IMG/VR virus record: IMGVR_UViG_3300032330_001040
Span: 32,001 to 96,000 of that record
Direction: 5' to 3' (one strand)
Length of the DNA stretch: 64,000 bases
Source of the DNA: a virus
Lineage: Duplodnaviria > Caudoviricetes
Shown here: one piece after another, positions 31,555 to 39,791 of the stretch
Numbering within the stretch: the first letter of the stretch is position 1
Layout: each line of letters opens with the position of its first letter
The notes under the pieces: model-generated
What the model saw: the letters and a program-made list of their open reading frames with translations, nothing else
Told to the model about the DNA's origin: nothing
The model's database searches: none
Translations under genes and position numbers: made by a program

Positions 31555-32888
31555 TGGCAAGAGAAACTCAAACTAGAAGTACCCTGTGGGGCGATGAAGA
31601 ATACTTAGCAACTACAAATGAAATTCTTTCTGTTGATGAACAATGGGATGTTTGGCAAAAACAAAACCCTATAAAATCTTTTGAACATATTGATACTGAA
31701 AAATTGGTTAAAATTTTAACTAGTGATTTAACTTATGCTTCTAATATGGATGTGAAAGAATATACACTATATCAAAAATGGTGTGAAATTAAAGAAAGAT
31801 ATCCAACCGAAACAAAATCAATTATTCATGATGGCACATCAAAAATATCTAATGTATTGATTGATCCAGAACAAGAAAGACTTATTAATAAATTAAAAAA
31901 TAAATTTTGGATGCCAAAAGAACCTGATGATTATGCCAAATTACAACCTGTTATGAAATTACATAATGGTGAGTTGGCTGAGACATGGAATGCCATAAGA
32001 ACATTCTCATCAACTATGAAGAATAATTCGAATATTGGTCGTAACTTATTCTATACAATTGAAGATGAAGTTACTCAAAAATATCTTGGTGTAATTTGTA
32101 TATCTTCAGATTTCTTAGATTTAACTCCAAGAGATAAAGCAATTGGATGGTCAAGAGATGTTAAGACTTCTCAAGGCATGATTAATCATACTGCAATTGG
32201 TTCCACTATTGTACCTTTACAACCTCTTGGTTATAATTACATGGGTGGAAAATTGTTGGCATTGTTGTGTCTTGCTGATACAGTTCAAAAAGATTGGAAG
32301 GAAAGATATGGAGATGTCTTGGTCGGAGTTACAACTACTTCTCTTTATGGCAACACTAAGTCTAATGGTCTTTCTCAATATGATGGATTAGAACATTGGA
32401 ATAAAATGGGTTTCTCCTCTGGTTCAGTTGCTTTTGAACCAACAAGAGCAACCAAAAAAATGATATTTGATTGGTTAAAAGAAAATCATACTAAAAAATA
32501 TTTTGAGTGGTGGGAAGCCAAAAACAAACAAGGATTGCCACTAAAACGTGACCACAAAAATAGGTCATTACATTTTGCTTATCCTAAACTTGGAATACCA
32601 AAAGAATTAACAAGAACTGAACATCAAAGAGGAATCTATTTTTCTCCTCTTTATAATAATACAAATGAATTTCTTCGTAAAGAGATTGGTGAAAATCAAT
32701 TAATTAAATCTTTCGATACTAGTTTAGAGGCCTTAACCAATATTTGGAAAACCAAATACGCTAAAGGCCGTATATCAATGTTAAAAAAGAAGAATACAGT
32801 TTCATATGAAACATTGTTCTATGATGACTTGATATACTTGTCTTGGGAAGAAACCAAGGCAAAATATCTGACACAAGTTGGCAGATAA
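31554..32888 (+). CDS. DUF4338 / Druantia DruA-like protein (copy 1)
   Basis: IVPLQPLGYNYMGGKLLALLC...TTTSLYG...SQYDGL; paralog at 55435. Confidence 0.6.
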   Translation: MARETQTRSTLWGDEEYLATTNEILSVDEQWDVWQKQNPIKSFEHIDTEKLVKILTSDLTYASNMDVKEYTLYQKWCEIKERYPTETKSIIHDGTSKISNVLIDPEQERLINKLKNKFWMPKEPDDYAKLQPVMKLHNGELAETWNAIRTFSSTMKNNSNIGRNLFYTIEDEVTQKYLGVICISSDFLDLTPRDKAIGWSRDVKTSQGMINHTAIGSTIVPLQPLGYNYMGGKLLALLCLADTVQKDWKERYGDVLVGVTTTSLYGNTKSNGLSQYDGLEHWNKMGFSSGSVAFEPTRATKKMIFDWLKENHTKKYFEWWEAKNKQGLPLKRDHKNRSLHFAYPKLGIPKELTRTEHQRGIYFSPLYNNTNEFLRKEIGENQLIKSFDTSLEALTNIWKTKYAKGRISMLKKKNTVSYETLFYDDLIYLSWEETKAKYLTQVGR

Positions 32889-32909
32889 TCAAGTGTACCA
32901 TCAATATAC

Positions 32910-32939
32910 TTGACAAACACACATATATAATGATATGAT
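32910..32939 (+). promoter_or_regulatory. Sigma70-like promoter
   Basis: TTGACA-18 nt-TATGAT with TG extension. Confidence 0.55.
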
Positions 32940-32992
32940 GTGATTACTCGCAATATGCGAGAATTTTTTAAATTATGAATAAGGAGTTTTAT

Positions 32993-33271
32993 ATGAAGTT
33001 ATCAGCAAAACAAAAAATTGCCAAGTATCTGGAAACTAATCAGACTCGTGGTTTAACAGTTAATCAAGCCCGTGCTCGCTTTGGCATCAAAAACGTTTCT
33101 GCTCGTATTGATGAATTACGTAAAGAAGGTCACGTAATTTACACAAACACAAAAACCCGTGCCGATGGAACACGTTTCCATTTGTATCGTATGGGTAAGC
33201 CAACTAAAGCTTTAGTTCGTGCTGCTGTAGCTGCTGGTTTTGATTTTAATCAGCCACACAATGAAGTTTAA
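32993..33271 (+). CDS. Small winged helix-turn-helix DNA-binding protein
   Basis: AAGGAG RBS before ATG 32993; LTVNQARARFGIKNVSARIDELRKEGHVI. Confidence 0.7.
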   Translation: MKLSAKQKIAKYLETNQTRGLTVNQARARFGIKNVSARIDELRKEGHVIYTNTKTRADGTRFHLYRMGKPTKALVRAAVAAGFDFNQPHNEV

Positions 33272-33283
33272 TATGTAAGTTAT

Positions 33284-33318
33284 AGGGGAGGTTGCTGAAA
33301 GGTGACACTCCCTTTTTT
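33284..33318 (+). terminator. Rho-independent terminator
   Basis: AGGGGAG...CTCCCTT stem with inner GTTGC/GTGAC helix, followed by T run. Confidence 0.6.
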
Positions 33319-33340
33319 ATTTTTTTTATAATGGACTAAA

Positions 33341-34159
33341 ATGGAAATCTCAATCTCAAAAGAAGAATTACAAAAGAAAAGCCTATTTGTAGCCACTCCA
33401 ATGTATGGTGGTATGAATCATGGTTTATACATGAAAGCCTGTTTAGATTTACAAGGCCTCTGTATGCAATATAATATTCCAGTTAAATTCTCATTTTTAT
33501 TTAATGAGTCCCTAATTACACGAGCAAGAAATTATCTTGTTGATGAGTTTATTCACCGTTCAGATTGTACGCATTTATTGTTTATTGATTCTGATATCAA
33601 TTTTGGTCCACAAGATGTTCTTGCTTTATTAGCTTTAGACAAAGATGTTATTGGTGGTCCTTATCCAAAGAAAGCAATCAAATGGAAATCAGTTGCAACT
33701 GCACTAAGAAAAAATCCACAGATTGAATCCGGTTTATTAGAGAGAGTTACTGGTGATTATGTGTTTAATCCTGTTAAAGGTACAGCACAGTTTTCGGTTA
33801 CAGAACCTTTAGAAGTTATGGAAATTGGAACAGGTTTTATGTTAGTCAAACGTGAAGTGTTTGCTCAAATGGAACAAGAATATCCAATGATTCGTTATAA
33901 ACCTGACCATGTAGGTCAAGCACACTTTGATGGTAGTCGTTATATTCATGCTTTCTTTGATACAGTTATTGACACTAAAGATTCTATTACAGGTGGTGGT
34001 TCAGACCGTTACCTATCAGAAGATTATATGTTCTGTCAAATGTGGCGTAAAATGGGTGGTAAAATCTGGTTATGTCCTTGGATGAAAACAGAACACATTG
34101 GTACATATCACTTCAAAGGAGATATGGCTGCTGTAGCTAATTTTGTTGGAGAAATGTAA
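33341..34159 (+). CDS. Glycosyltransferase-like (GT-A) protein
   Basis: VATPMYGG, ESLITRARN, LLFIDSDI, GTGFML, LSEDYMFC. Confidence 0.65.
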   Translation: MEISISKEELQKKSLFVATPMYGGMNHGLYMKACLDLQGLCMQYNIPVKFSFLFNESLITRARNYLVDEFIHRSDCTHLLFIDSDINFGPQDVLALLALDKDVIGGPYPKKAIKWKSVATALRKNPQIESGLLERVTGDYVFNPVKGTAQFSVTEPLEVMEIGTGFMLVKREVFAQMEQEYPMIRYKPDHVGQAHFDGSRYIHAFFDTVIDTKDSITGGGSDRYLSEDYMFCQMWRKMGGKIWLCPWMKTEHIGTYHFKGDMAAVANFVGEM

Positions 34160-34539
34160 TGTTAGGCTCTATCGATAAACAAAGTTTCTCAGATATTATT
34201 AAATCATCACAAACAGCTAAAGAAGGAGGCCGTAAATTTGATGGAGGTAAATTGCAATATGGTTTGGTACCACCAAATGCACTAAAGGCAACAGTAGAAA
34301 TACTTACCTTTGGTGCAGAGAAGTATGAACCTGATAATTGGAAAAAAGTACCAGATTCTAAGCGTAGATATTTTGATGCTGCACAACGGCATTTATGGGC
34401 TTGGAAGTCTGGTGAACAAAATGACCAAGAAACAGGTAAGAATCACTTAGCACATGCTCTGTGCTGCTTGATGTTTTTGTATGAACATGATACAATAGAT
34501 TTTTTAAATAATGGAGAAGTGAATGAAACTATCAAATGA
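34159..34539 (+). CDS. dATP/dGTP diphosphohydrolase-like (DUF5664) protein
   Basis: KFDGGKLQYGLVP...FGAEKYEPDNW...AAQRHL...DQETGKNHLAHA. Confidence 0.8.
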   Translation: MLGSIDKQSFSDIIKSSQTAKEGGRKFDGGKLQYGLVPPNALKATVEILTFGAEKYEPDNWKKVPDSKRRYFDAAQRHLWAWKSGEQNDQETGKNHLAHALCCLMFLYEHDTIDFLNNGEVNETIK

Positions 34540-35209
34540 AACAATCAATGTGTTGAAGAATTTTTCAACAATCAATCCAGGTCTAGAGTTTAGACAAGGT
34601 AAAATAATTAAAACGGTATCTTCTAGTAAGGCACTAATGGCAGAAGCCACCTTACCTGATGATTTTCCAGAAACATTCTGTGTTTATGATTTGAATCAAT
34701 TTTTATCTGTGAATTCTTTATTCAAAGATAATGTGAAACTCATTTTTGATGGTCCAAATATTATATTTTCAAATGAAGCTGGCGATAAAACAGTAGATTA
34801 TCGTAAAACAGCAAAGAGTATGATTGTTGCAGCACCAGATAAAAGCATTACATTATCATCAATTGATGTTAATTTTACTTTAAGTGCTGACGATTATCAT
34901 TGGATTATGGACACTGCTAAAGTATTATCTTCACCACATATTGCAGTTCAATCTGATGGTAATTCTGTTGAAGTAGTTACATTTGATGCGACTAATGATT
35001 CAGCACACGTTAATTCTTTTAAGATTTCAGGACTTAATCCTGAAGGTAAGAAATATAAGATTGTTTTCAATATTGAAAATTTTAAGATGATACCAGGAAG
35101 TTATGAAGTAAATATTTCTTTCCAAGGAGTGAGTCATTTCAAGAACACGAAAGATAACATTCAATATTGGATGGCTTCAGAATCTAAGTATACAAAAATA
35201 GGAGGTTAA
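34523..35209 (+). CDS. gp45: Sliding clamp
   Basis: MKLSNETINVLKNFSTIN...YDLNQFLS...IPGSYEV...YWMASE. Confidence 0.93.
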   Translation: MKLSNETINVLKNFSTINPGLEFRQGKIIKTVSSSKALMAEATLPDDFPETFCVYDLNQFLSVNSLFKDNVKLIFDGPNIIFSNEAGDKTVDYRKTAKSMIVAAPDKSITLSSIDVNFTLSADDYHWIMDTAKVLSSPHIAVQSDGNSVEVVTFDATNDSAHVNSFKISGLNPEGKKYKIVFNIENFKMIPGSYEVNISFQGVSHFKNTKDNIQYWMASESKYTKIGG

Positions 35210-35210
35210 T

Positions 35211-35402
35211 ATGACAATGTTACATTTTACTGATTCTGTTACCGGTATGTCTGTCGCAATCAATCCATCTAAAGTTGTTTGTGTATTTACAAATAAAGAT
35301 GCTGAGACTGGTGTAGAGACTACAGTAATCAATTTAGTTAATGGTAATGTAGGTGTTACCGAAAGTTATTTGGAAACTGTTGGACGTTTACAAAGTAATT
35401 AA
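35211..35402 (+). CDS. Hypothetical protein
   Basis: GGAGG RBS; 63 aa; VAINP..V...VTESYLETVG. Confidence 0.6.
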   Translation: MTMLHFTDSVTGMSVAINPSKVVCVFTNKDAETGVETTVINLVNGNVGVTESYLETVGRLQSN

Positions 35403-35443
35403 TTGTAGTATTTTTGAGTTGTAATATATTATGGGAGTTTTGA

Positions 35444-36376
35444 ATGGAACATTTACTATGGGTCGAGAAATATCGACCAGCCAAAGTGGAGGATTGTATT
35501 CTTCCGGATGCAATCAAATCCACTTTTCAAGAGTATGTCAATAAAAAAGAAATACCTAACTTGTTATTATCAGGTTCGGCCGGTGTTGGTAAGACTACAA
35601 TAGCAAAAGCATTATGTGAAGAAGTAGGATGTGATTATATTGTAATTAATGGTTCTGATGAGTCAGGTATTGATGTACTTCGTAACAAGATTAAAAATTA
35701 TGCTTCTTCAATGTCATTATCTGGTGGCAGAAAAGTTGTCATCATAGATGAAGCAGACTATCTAAATCCTAATTCAACGCAACCTGCAATGCGTGGTGCA
35801 ATCGAGGAGTTCTCCTCAAACTGTTCTTTCATCTTCACTTGTAATTTTAAGAATCGTATTATAGACCCAATCCATTCTCGGTGTTCTGTAATTGACTTTA
35901 AAATTAATGGTAACAAGGCAAAGATGGCTTCTCAATTCTTCAAACGAGTTGAGTGGATTCTTGAACAAGAAAAAATTCAATATGATAAACAAGTGGTGGC
36001 TGCTGTCATCACTAAACATTTTCCTGATAATAGAAGGATTCTAAATGAACTTCAGCGTTACTCCGTTTCTGGTGTTATTGACAAAGGTATTCTCTCTAAT
36101 GTTACTGATGTACAACTTGATGCTTTGGTACAAGGGTTAAAAGAAAAAGACTTTGCTTCTGTTCGTAAATGGGTTACAAACAACTTAGACAATGACCCTA
36201 CAAAAATATATCGTAAACTATATGATACATTATATGAACAGTTAAAACCAAACGCAGTTCCGCAGTTGGTTTTGCATCTTGCTAAGTACCAATATCAGGC
36301 CGCTTTTGTTGCTGACCATGAAATTAATATGGTTGCTTGTTTAACTGAAATTATGGTAGATTGTGAGTTCAAATGA
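35444..36376 (+). CDS. gp44: Clamp loader large subunit
   Basis: WVEKYRP, GSAGVGKTT, IIDEAD, HSRC. Confidence 0.96.
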   Translation: MEHLLWVEKYRPAKVEDCILPDAIKSTFQEYVNKKEIPNLLLSGSAGVGKTTIAKALCEEVGCDYIVINGSDESGIDVLRNKIKNYASSMSLSGGRKVVIIDEADYLNPNSTQPAMRGAIEEFSSNCSFIFTCNFKNRIIDPIHSRCSVIDFKINGNKAKMASQFFKRVEWILEQEKIQYDKQVVAAVITKHFPDNRRILNELQRYSVSGVIDKGILSNVTDVQLDALVQGLKEKDFASVRKWVTNNLDNDPTKIYRKLYDTLYEQLKPNAVPQLVLHLAKYQYQAAFVADHEINMVACLTEIMVDCEFK

Positions 36377-36828
36377 CTAAAGATGAATTAATGAATGAAT
36401 TGGGTTTGAGTGGTGAAAAAATTATTATCAATATGTTAAGTGAAGAAGGATGTAAAGTTAAAAGTTCAATTAACAAATACGATTCAGAAAAAGACTTACT
36501 TGTTGATGATAGTTATACTGTTGAGGTTAAAACACAAGCTCCTTTTGTAAAAGAAAATGCTTTTACTTTTAATCCTTCACAACTTCGTAAATGTAAATCA
36601 GTTGATGTATTATATTTTGTTTCTGTACCACATCCTAGATATAGACATTTTTCTGATGGTTGGATTTATAGAGCAATTCCTAGTCAATTTAAATCTTATT
36701 CATGGAAAGATAGATATGGTAATCCTAGAATTTGTATACCAATTAAACAAGAAGCCTTAATACCAGTTAAAAAAATGTCTGATGAAGAATGTAAGGAACT
36801 ACAAAAATATCTAACGACTGGATATTAA
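36373..36828 (+). CDS. Hypothetical protein, possible PD-(D/E)XK nuclease
   Basis: GLSGEK...KDLLVD...VEVKT motif order; inserted between gp44 and gp62. Confidence 0.45.
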   Translation: MTKDELMNELGLSGEKIIINMLSEEGCKVKSSINKYDSEKDLLVDDSYTVEVKTQAPFVKENAFTFNPSQLRKCKSVDVLYFVSVPHPRYRHFSDGWIYRAIPSQFKSYSWKDRYGNPRICIPIKQEALIPVKKMSDEECKELQKYLTTGY

Positions 36829-36829
36829 T

Positions 36830-37222
36830 ATGCCAGATTTATTTAAAGATATTATACCTTCAATACTTCAAACGAAAAAGAATGTTTTACAAGATGAATT
36901 GGATATCAAAGATTATACTCCTTTTGTTGTTAATAGGGCTTTGTCATATCATATTGATTGTGTTCTCTATGCTAATGAGATGAATTTATATCCAGAAATG
37001 GATAAAGACCTTCAATATCAATACCTTCTAAATACCATTAGGTCGATGAAACGGAAATTTCAGCCGTGGCAGAAATCATCGTCCGATAAGGATTTAGAAT
37101 GCATTAAGGAGTATTTTGGTTATTCAAATCAAAAAGCCAAAGAGGCTCTTGATATTCTAAATGATGAACAAATCGCTGAAATAAAAGCAAAAACAAATAA
37201 AGGCGGAGTGAACAAATCATGA
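36830..37222 (+). CDS. gp62: Clamp loader small subunit
   Basis: YTPFVVNRALS...ANEMN...QYQYLLN...IKEYFGYSNQKA. Confidence 0.92.
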   Translation: MPDLFKDIIPSILQTKKNVLQDELDIKDYTPFVVNRALSYHIDCVLYANEMNLYPEMDKDLQYQYLLNTIRSMKRKFQPWQKSSSDKDLECIKEYFGYSNQKAKEALDILNDEQIAEIKAKTNKGGVNKS

Positions 37223-37626
37223 TTTCAATTACGGATTTAGTTGAGGTTACGCTTGGAGAAAAGGATGACTTTCTTAAAGTGCGAGAAACCCTCACCAGAA
37301 TTGGCGTAGCATCAAAAAAAGATAGAATATTATACCAGTCTTGTCATATATTACATAAGCAAGGTCGTTATTATATTGTACATTTTAAAGAGTTATTTGC
37401 ATTAGATGGTAAACCTACAGACATTTCTGAAAATGATTTATCTCGTAGAAATGCCATTGCTAAACTCTTACAAGATTGGGAATTAGTTAAAGTGGTAAAC
37501 AATAAACAAATTGAAGAACCCGTACCTATCTTCCTATCGCAAATTAAGATACTGTCCCATAAAGAAAAAGATGAATGGGAATTAGTTCCAAAATACAATA
37601 TTGGGTCTAAGAAAACAGTCTATTGA
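37219..37626 (+). CDS. regA: Translational repressor RegA
   Basis: DDFLKVRETLTRIGVAS...LYQSCHILHKQGRYYIVHFKELFALDG. Confidence 0.97.
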   Translation: MISITDLVEVTLGEKDDFLKVRETLTRIGVASKKDRILYQSCHILHKQGRYYIVHFKELFALDGKPTDISENDLSRRNAIAKLLQDWELVKVVNNKQIEEPVPIFLSQIKILSHKEKDEWELVPKYNIGSKKTVY

Positions 37627-37653
37627 CATTTCAGTAAAAATATGATATAAATA
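37623..37653 (+). promoter_or_regulatory. Composite promoter for hsp20 (sigma70 -35 plus T4 late TATAAATA)
   Basis: TTGACA (37623)-17 nt-TATAAATA (37646-37653). Confidence 0.65.
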
Positions 37654-37655
37654 TA

Positions 37656-37717
37656 AGTGTAGATGCCTTCGGGGTCTACACTTTTTTATTAACTCGCTTA
37701 TCAATAAGGAGAAACTC
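37656..37717 (+). promoter_or_regulatory. Structured hsp20 5' UTR; ROSE-like RNA thermometer candidate
   Basis: Hairpin AGTGTAGAT..TTCG..GTCTACACT, then CTC-G-CTTA/TAAG-GAG stem hiding the SD with a bulged G (UCGCU motif). Confidence 0.55.
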
Positions 37718-38179
37718 ATGACAAGCACACTATCTCTATTCCCACAATGGGATAAAATCCACAAATCTTTTGACCCTTTCACCATCGGCTTTGATGAAGT
37801 GATTGATAAAATTCAATCTATGCACACCGAAATGGCCAAGGCTACACCTGGTTATCCTCCATATAACATCAAACAAGTAAAAGACAACAAGTATGTCATT
37901 GAAATGGCAGTTGCTGGTTTTGCTAAATCTGATATTGAAGTTACTTTGGAAGGTGACAAGTTAGTTATCAAAGGTACTTCAAAAGATAATGAAACAGATG
38001 GTTCATATATTTTCAAAGGCATTGCTGGCCGTAATTTTGAACGTACATTTACATTGGCTGATAAGATTGAAATTAAAGATGCCGAATTAACAAATGGTAT
38101 GTTAAAAGTTTGGTTGGAAAACATGGTCAAAGCACAGGATATGGTAAAGAAAATTGCCGTAAAAACCAAAGATGAATAA
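37718..38179 (+). CDS. hsp20: Small heat-shock protein Hsp20 (IbpA-like)
   Basis: YPPYNI...IEMAVAGF...GIAGRNFERTFTLAD...AELTNGMLKV. Confidence 0.93.
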   Translation: MTSTLSLFPQWDKIHKSFDPFTIGFDEVIDKIQSMHTEMAKATPGYPPYNIKQVKDNKYVIEMAVAGFAKSDIEVTLEGDKLVIKGTSKDNETDGSYIFKGIAGRNFERTFTLADKIEIKDAELTNGMLKVWLENMVKAQDMVKKIAVKTKDE

Positions 38180-38237
38180 CTGGCAACCAATGACTGAAGA
38201 TGATGTGGAATGGGTAAATAACCCTTCTCGTAAGTAA
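38172..38237 (+). CDS. Possible 21-aa microprotein overlapping the hsp20 stop
   Basis: MNNWQPMTEDDVEWVNNPSRK; fills the gap between hsp20 and its terminator. Confidence 0.35.
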   Translation: MNNWQPMTEDDVEWVNNPSRK

Positions 38238-38242
38238 CCACA

Positions 38243-38277
38243 AGGGGCTTGACAAAGCCTTTTTTTTATGTTATAAT
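38243..38277 (+). promoter_or_regulatory. Terminator hairpin fused with a consensus sigma70 promoter
   Basis: AGGGGCTT-GACA-AAGCCTTT + T run; TTGACA (38249)-17 nt-TATAAT (38272). Confidence 0.75.
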
Positions 38278-38305
38278 GGTATTTTATGATGATAAAGGTG
38301 AAATT

Positions 38306-38509
38306 ATGAATTTGATGATGGAACGTATTACAGCCAGACGCCGTTTTAATCCTGAAAATAAAGTTGATATGGATACCGTTAAATCTTTTTTTGAAACATA
38401 TAAATGGGGTTCAATGGGTTGTCCATTTGTTTTGGAAGTTCCATGGGAAAATATTCCAGATATGCTTAAAGATAAGATTACAAGAAAACATTTAGGTATA
38501 AAAAACTAA
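38306..38509 (+). CDS. Hypothetical protein
   Basis: AAGGTG RBS before ATG 38306; RRRFNP...CPFVLEVPWENIPDMLKDKI. Confidence 0.6.
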   Translation: MNLMMERITARRRFNPENKVDMDTVKSFFETYKWGSMGCPFVLEVPWENIPDMLKDKITRKHLGIKN

Positions 38510-38576
38510 ATAGCTGTGAGTGAGTATTAGTAGGAATATGCCAATTATTGGGTCAATTTACTAAAGGAGAGACCTA

Positions 38577-39092
38577 ATGAGATTAAGTATAGTTGGTTGT
38601 CCCGATAAAGAGCGTTTTCGACCTTACGTCAAACGAGCTATAGAGTTTTATGCGCACGAACTATTAAGTTCTAAAATGATGGAAAATATCAACCTTAAAG
38701 TTAAGTTTGATAAAAATATTACAGATTGTTATGGATATGCTTCAGTTGAAGAAAGAACAGATTCGGGTAAAGCAAGAGATTTTCTAATAGAAATCAATCC
38801 TGTAATCGGTGGCCGTGCAATATTAAAAGCATTAGCACATGAGATGGTTCACATTAAGCAATACGCCTATGATGAAACCAATGACAACCTGACCAGATGG
38901 AAAGGTATGCCAATGAAATCTAATTTTGATGATTACTGGCGTCAACCATGGGAAATAGAAGCCTACGGTATCGAAGCTGGTTTGTTTAGAAAATTTGTTG
39001 TTAATGAAAAATTATGGGAAGTATTTGAAGGTATAGACAATCCAGATTCACCAATAGAAGAAGTTCCTATTGGTTGGAAACATTACGGGTAA
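38577..39092 (+). CDS. Zincin-type metallopeptidase-like protein
   Basis: LAHEMVHIKQY (HExxH) and downstream PWEIEAY. Confidence 0.7.
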   Translation: MRLSIVGCPDKERFRPYVKRAIEFYAHELLSSKMMENINLKVKFDKNITDCYGYASVEERTDSGKARDFLIEINPVIGGRAILKALAHEMVHIKQYAYDETNDNLTRWKGMPMKSNFDDYWRQPWEIEAYGIEAGLFRKFVVNEKLWEVFEGIDNPDSPIEEVPIGWKHYG

Positions 39093-39103
39093 ACACTCCC
39101 ACA

Positions 39104-39166
39104 ACTGTAGTAAAAAAACAACAGTCTTAAAATAACACTTGACTTATCCTATGGTTCATGTATAAT
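39104..39166 (+). promoter_or_regulatory. tRNA-cluster promoter with upstream palindrome
   Basis: ACTGTAGT-N6-ACAACAGT imperfect inverted repeat (39104-39125); TTGACT-16 nt-TATAAT (39139-39166). Confidence 0.55.
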
Positions 39167-39187
39167 GGTTGTATATTAAGTAGTAAT

Positions 39188-39262
39188 GCTCGGTTCATCT
39201 AGCGGTTAGGATATCGCCCTTTCACGGCGGTCACACCAGTTCGAATCTGGTACCGAGCGCCA
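39188..39262 (+). tRNA. tRNA-Glu(TTC)
   Basis: GCTCGGT/ACCGAGC acceptor, CT-TTC-AC loop, GTTCGAATC, encoded CCA. Confidence 0.93.
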
Positions 39263-39358
39263 TATTGAAGCACATTATTCAAAACCTGCGAGAAGCGGCG
39301 CTTGGTCATCCGGACCCTGACTTGAAAAGTGGAATCTCAATAGTGTGCTTCAATATGG
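39260..39358 (+). ncRNA. Structured inter-tRNA element closed by a 20-bp stem
   Basis: CCATATTGAAGCACATTATT pairs with AATAGTGTGCTTCAATATGG (one G-U). Confidence 0.55.
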
Positions 39359-39433
39359 TTTGTTAGATTAGTTGGTTAAATCGCCTCCCTGTCACGGAGG
39401 AGACCATGGGTTCGAGTCCCATACAGACCGCCA
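39357..39433 (+). tRNA. tRNA-Asp(GTC)
   Basis: GGTTTGT/ACAGACC acceptor, CCTCC-CTGTCAC-GGAGG, GTTCGAGTC, CCA. Confidence 0.93.
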
Positions 39434-39608
39434 GGTGTCAAACTCGGCCTCGGAGTAAATGAGGGGTAGATAACTTTCCAGAAAAGTTATAGTTTAAGCC
39501 ATAGATTAACTAAAAAATCAATTGGCGGCGGTTATGTCCAGACGTAACTAACGATGAATTCCAATCGGGGGCTTGATGACACAAGTAGCCCGTCCTAACC
39601 AGAGCAAT

Positions 39609-39684
39609 GGTGCCGTTAGTGTAACGGTTAGCACCCGAGATTGTGGATCTCGTAGTATGGGTTCGAATCCCATACAGCACCCCA
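39609..39684 (+). tRNA. tRNA-His(GTG)
   Basis: G-1:C73, CGAGA-TTGTGGA-TCTCG anticodon arm, GTTCGAATC, CCA; one C-A mismatch in acceptor stem. Confidence 0.9.
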
Positions 39685-39685
39685 T

Positions 39686-39763
39686 AGTACGGTGGCAGAG
39701 TGGTCCAATGCAGCGGCCTGCAAAGCCGTAAAACCGTGAGTTCAAATCTCACCCGTACTTCCA
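39686..39763 (+). tRNA. tRNA-Cys(GCA)
   Basis: AGTACGG/CCGTACT acceptor, U73, GCGGC-CTGCAAA-GCCGT, GTTCAAATC, CCA. Confidence 0.9.
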
Positions 39764-39791
39764 GTTTGATATATAGAAGAAAGGAGGGCAT

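Noticed and set aside
31554-32888. Complete Druantia defence system
   Set aside because: Only DruA-like motifs are present; no DruE-type helicase or other partners adjacent
38249-38305. TTG-start N-terminal extension of ORF 38249..38509
   Set aside because: The TTG is the -35 hexamer of a promoter; ATG 38306 has an RBS and is the more plausible start
39434-39500. HDV-like (theta), hammerhead or twister ribozyme directly after tRNA-Asp
   Set aside because: Starts with G and has a CCTCG loop, but I could not build the required P1/P1.1/P2 topology or find hammerhead or twister cores; kept only as an unclassified RNA candidate
39510-39791. Minus-strand ORFs 39510..39791 and 39548..39745
   Set aside because: Antisense to tRNA-His and tRNA-Cys; translations are typical tRNA shadows
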